NCBI RefSeq assembly: GCF_009914755.1
Contig: NC_060935.1
Strand: one strand, 5' to 3'
Source: the human T2T-CHM13v2.0 reference genome, Homo sapiens
DNA length: 64,000 nt
The notes under the pieces were generated by a model. It ran no database searches. It was not told where the DNA came from and saw only the letters and a list, made by a program, of their open reading frames with translations. Every line of letters begins with the position of its first letter. The first letter of the stretch is position 1. Positions 63,663 to 64,000 of the stretch are shown here, in pieces. A program made the position numbers and the translations under genes.

Positions 63663-64000
63663 TGTTACCAGAAAGGGGTCCCAAACCAGATCCAAAGAGA
63701 GGGTCCTTGGATCACGAGCAAGAAAGAATTTGAGGCAAATCCATAGAGTAAAGTGAGAGCAAGTTTATTAAGAAAGTAAAGGAATAAAAAATGGCTATTC
63801 CATAGGCAGAGCAGCAAGCAGCATGAACTTATTACTTCTTGATTATATGCTAGACAAGGAATAGATTATTCATGAGTTTTCGGGGAAAGGGGTGGGCAAT
63901 TCCCGGAACTGAGGGTTCCTCCCTCTTTTTAAACCATATAGGGTAACTTCCTCACGTTGCTACGGCATTTGTAAACTGCCATGGTGTTGGTGGGAGTGTA
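63663..64000 (-). mobile_element. ERV1 LTR (LTR8/MER4-group-like), runs off the window
   Basis: Starts tgttaccagaaaggggtcc...; minus-strand AATAAA; subfamily uncertain. Confidence 0.7.

Overview
Human (primate) genomic DNA that I recognise from the encoded proteins as the PHLDB1-TREH region of 11q23.3. It contains the last five coding exons of PHLDB1 (+ strand, C-terminal PH domain, including a 33-nt microexon). Convergent with it is the complete 15-exon trehalase gene TREH (- strand): exon lengths sum to 1752 nt = 583 aa + stop, all introns are GT-AG, and intron 1 is 16 kb of nested ERVL/L1/Alu remnants. A rearranged partial TREH pseudogene (TREHP1-type, ~38.9-43.2 kb) carries an LTR12 solo LTR. 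The distal ~20 kb is Alu/MaLR/LTR-rich intergenic sequence with a U6 retropseudogene. I found no new protein-coding system; almost all listed ORFs are Alu, L1, ERV or antisense artefacts. The unexplained signal is structural. The locus looks like an old tandem duplication later reshaped by deletion, inversion and patchy gene conversion. This includes a 406-bp perfectly identical direct repeat that brackets TREH exon 1, and several short locally templated insertions. Repeat subfamily names and repeat boundaries are approximate calls by eye.
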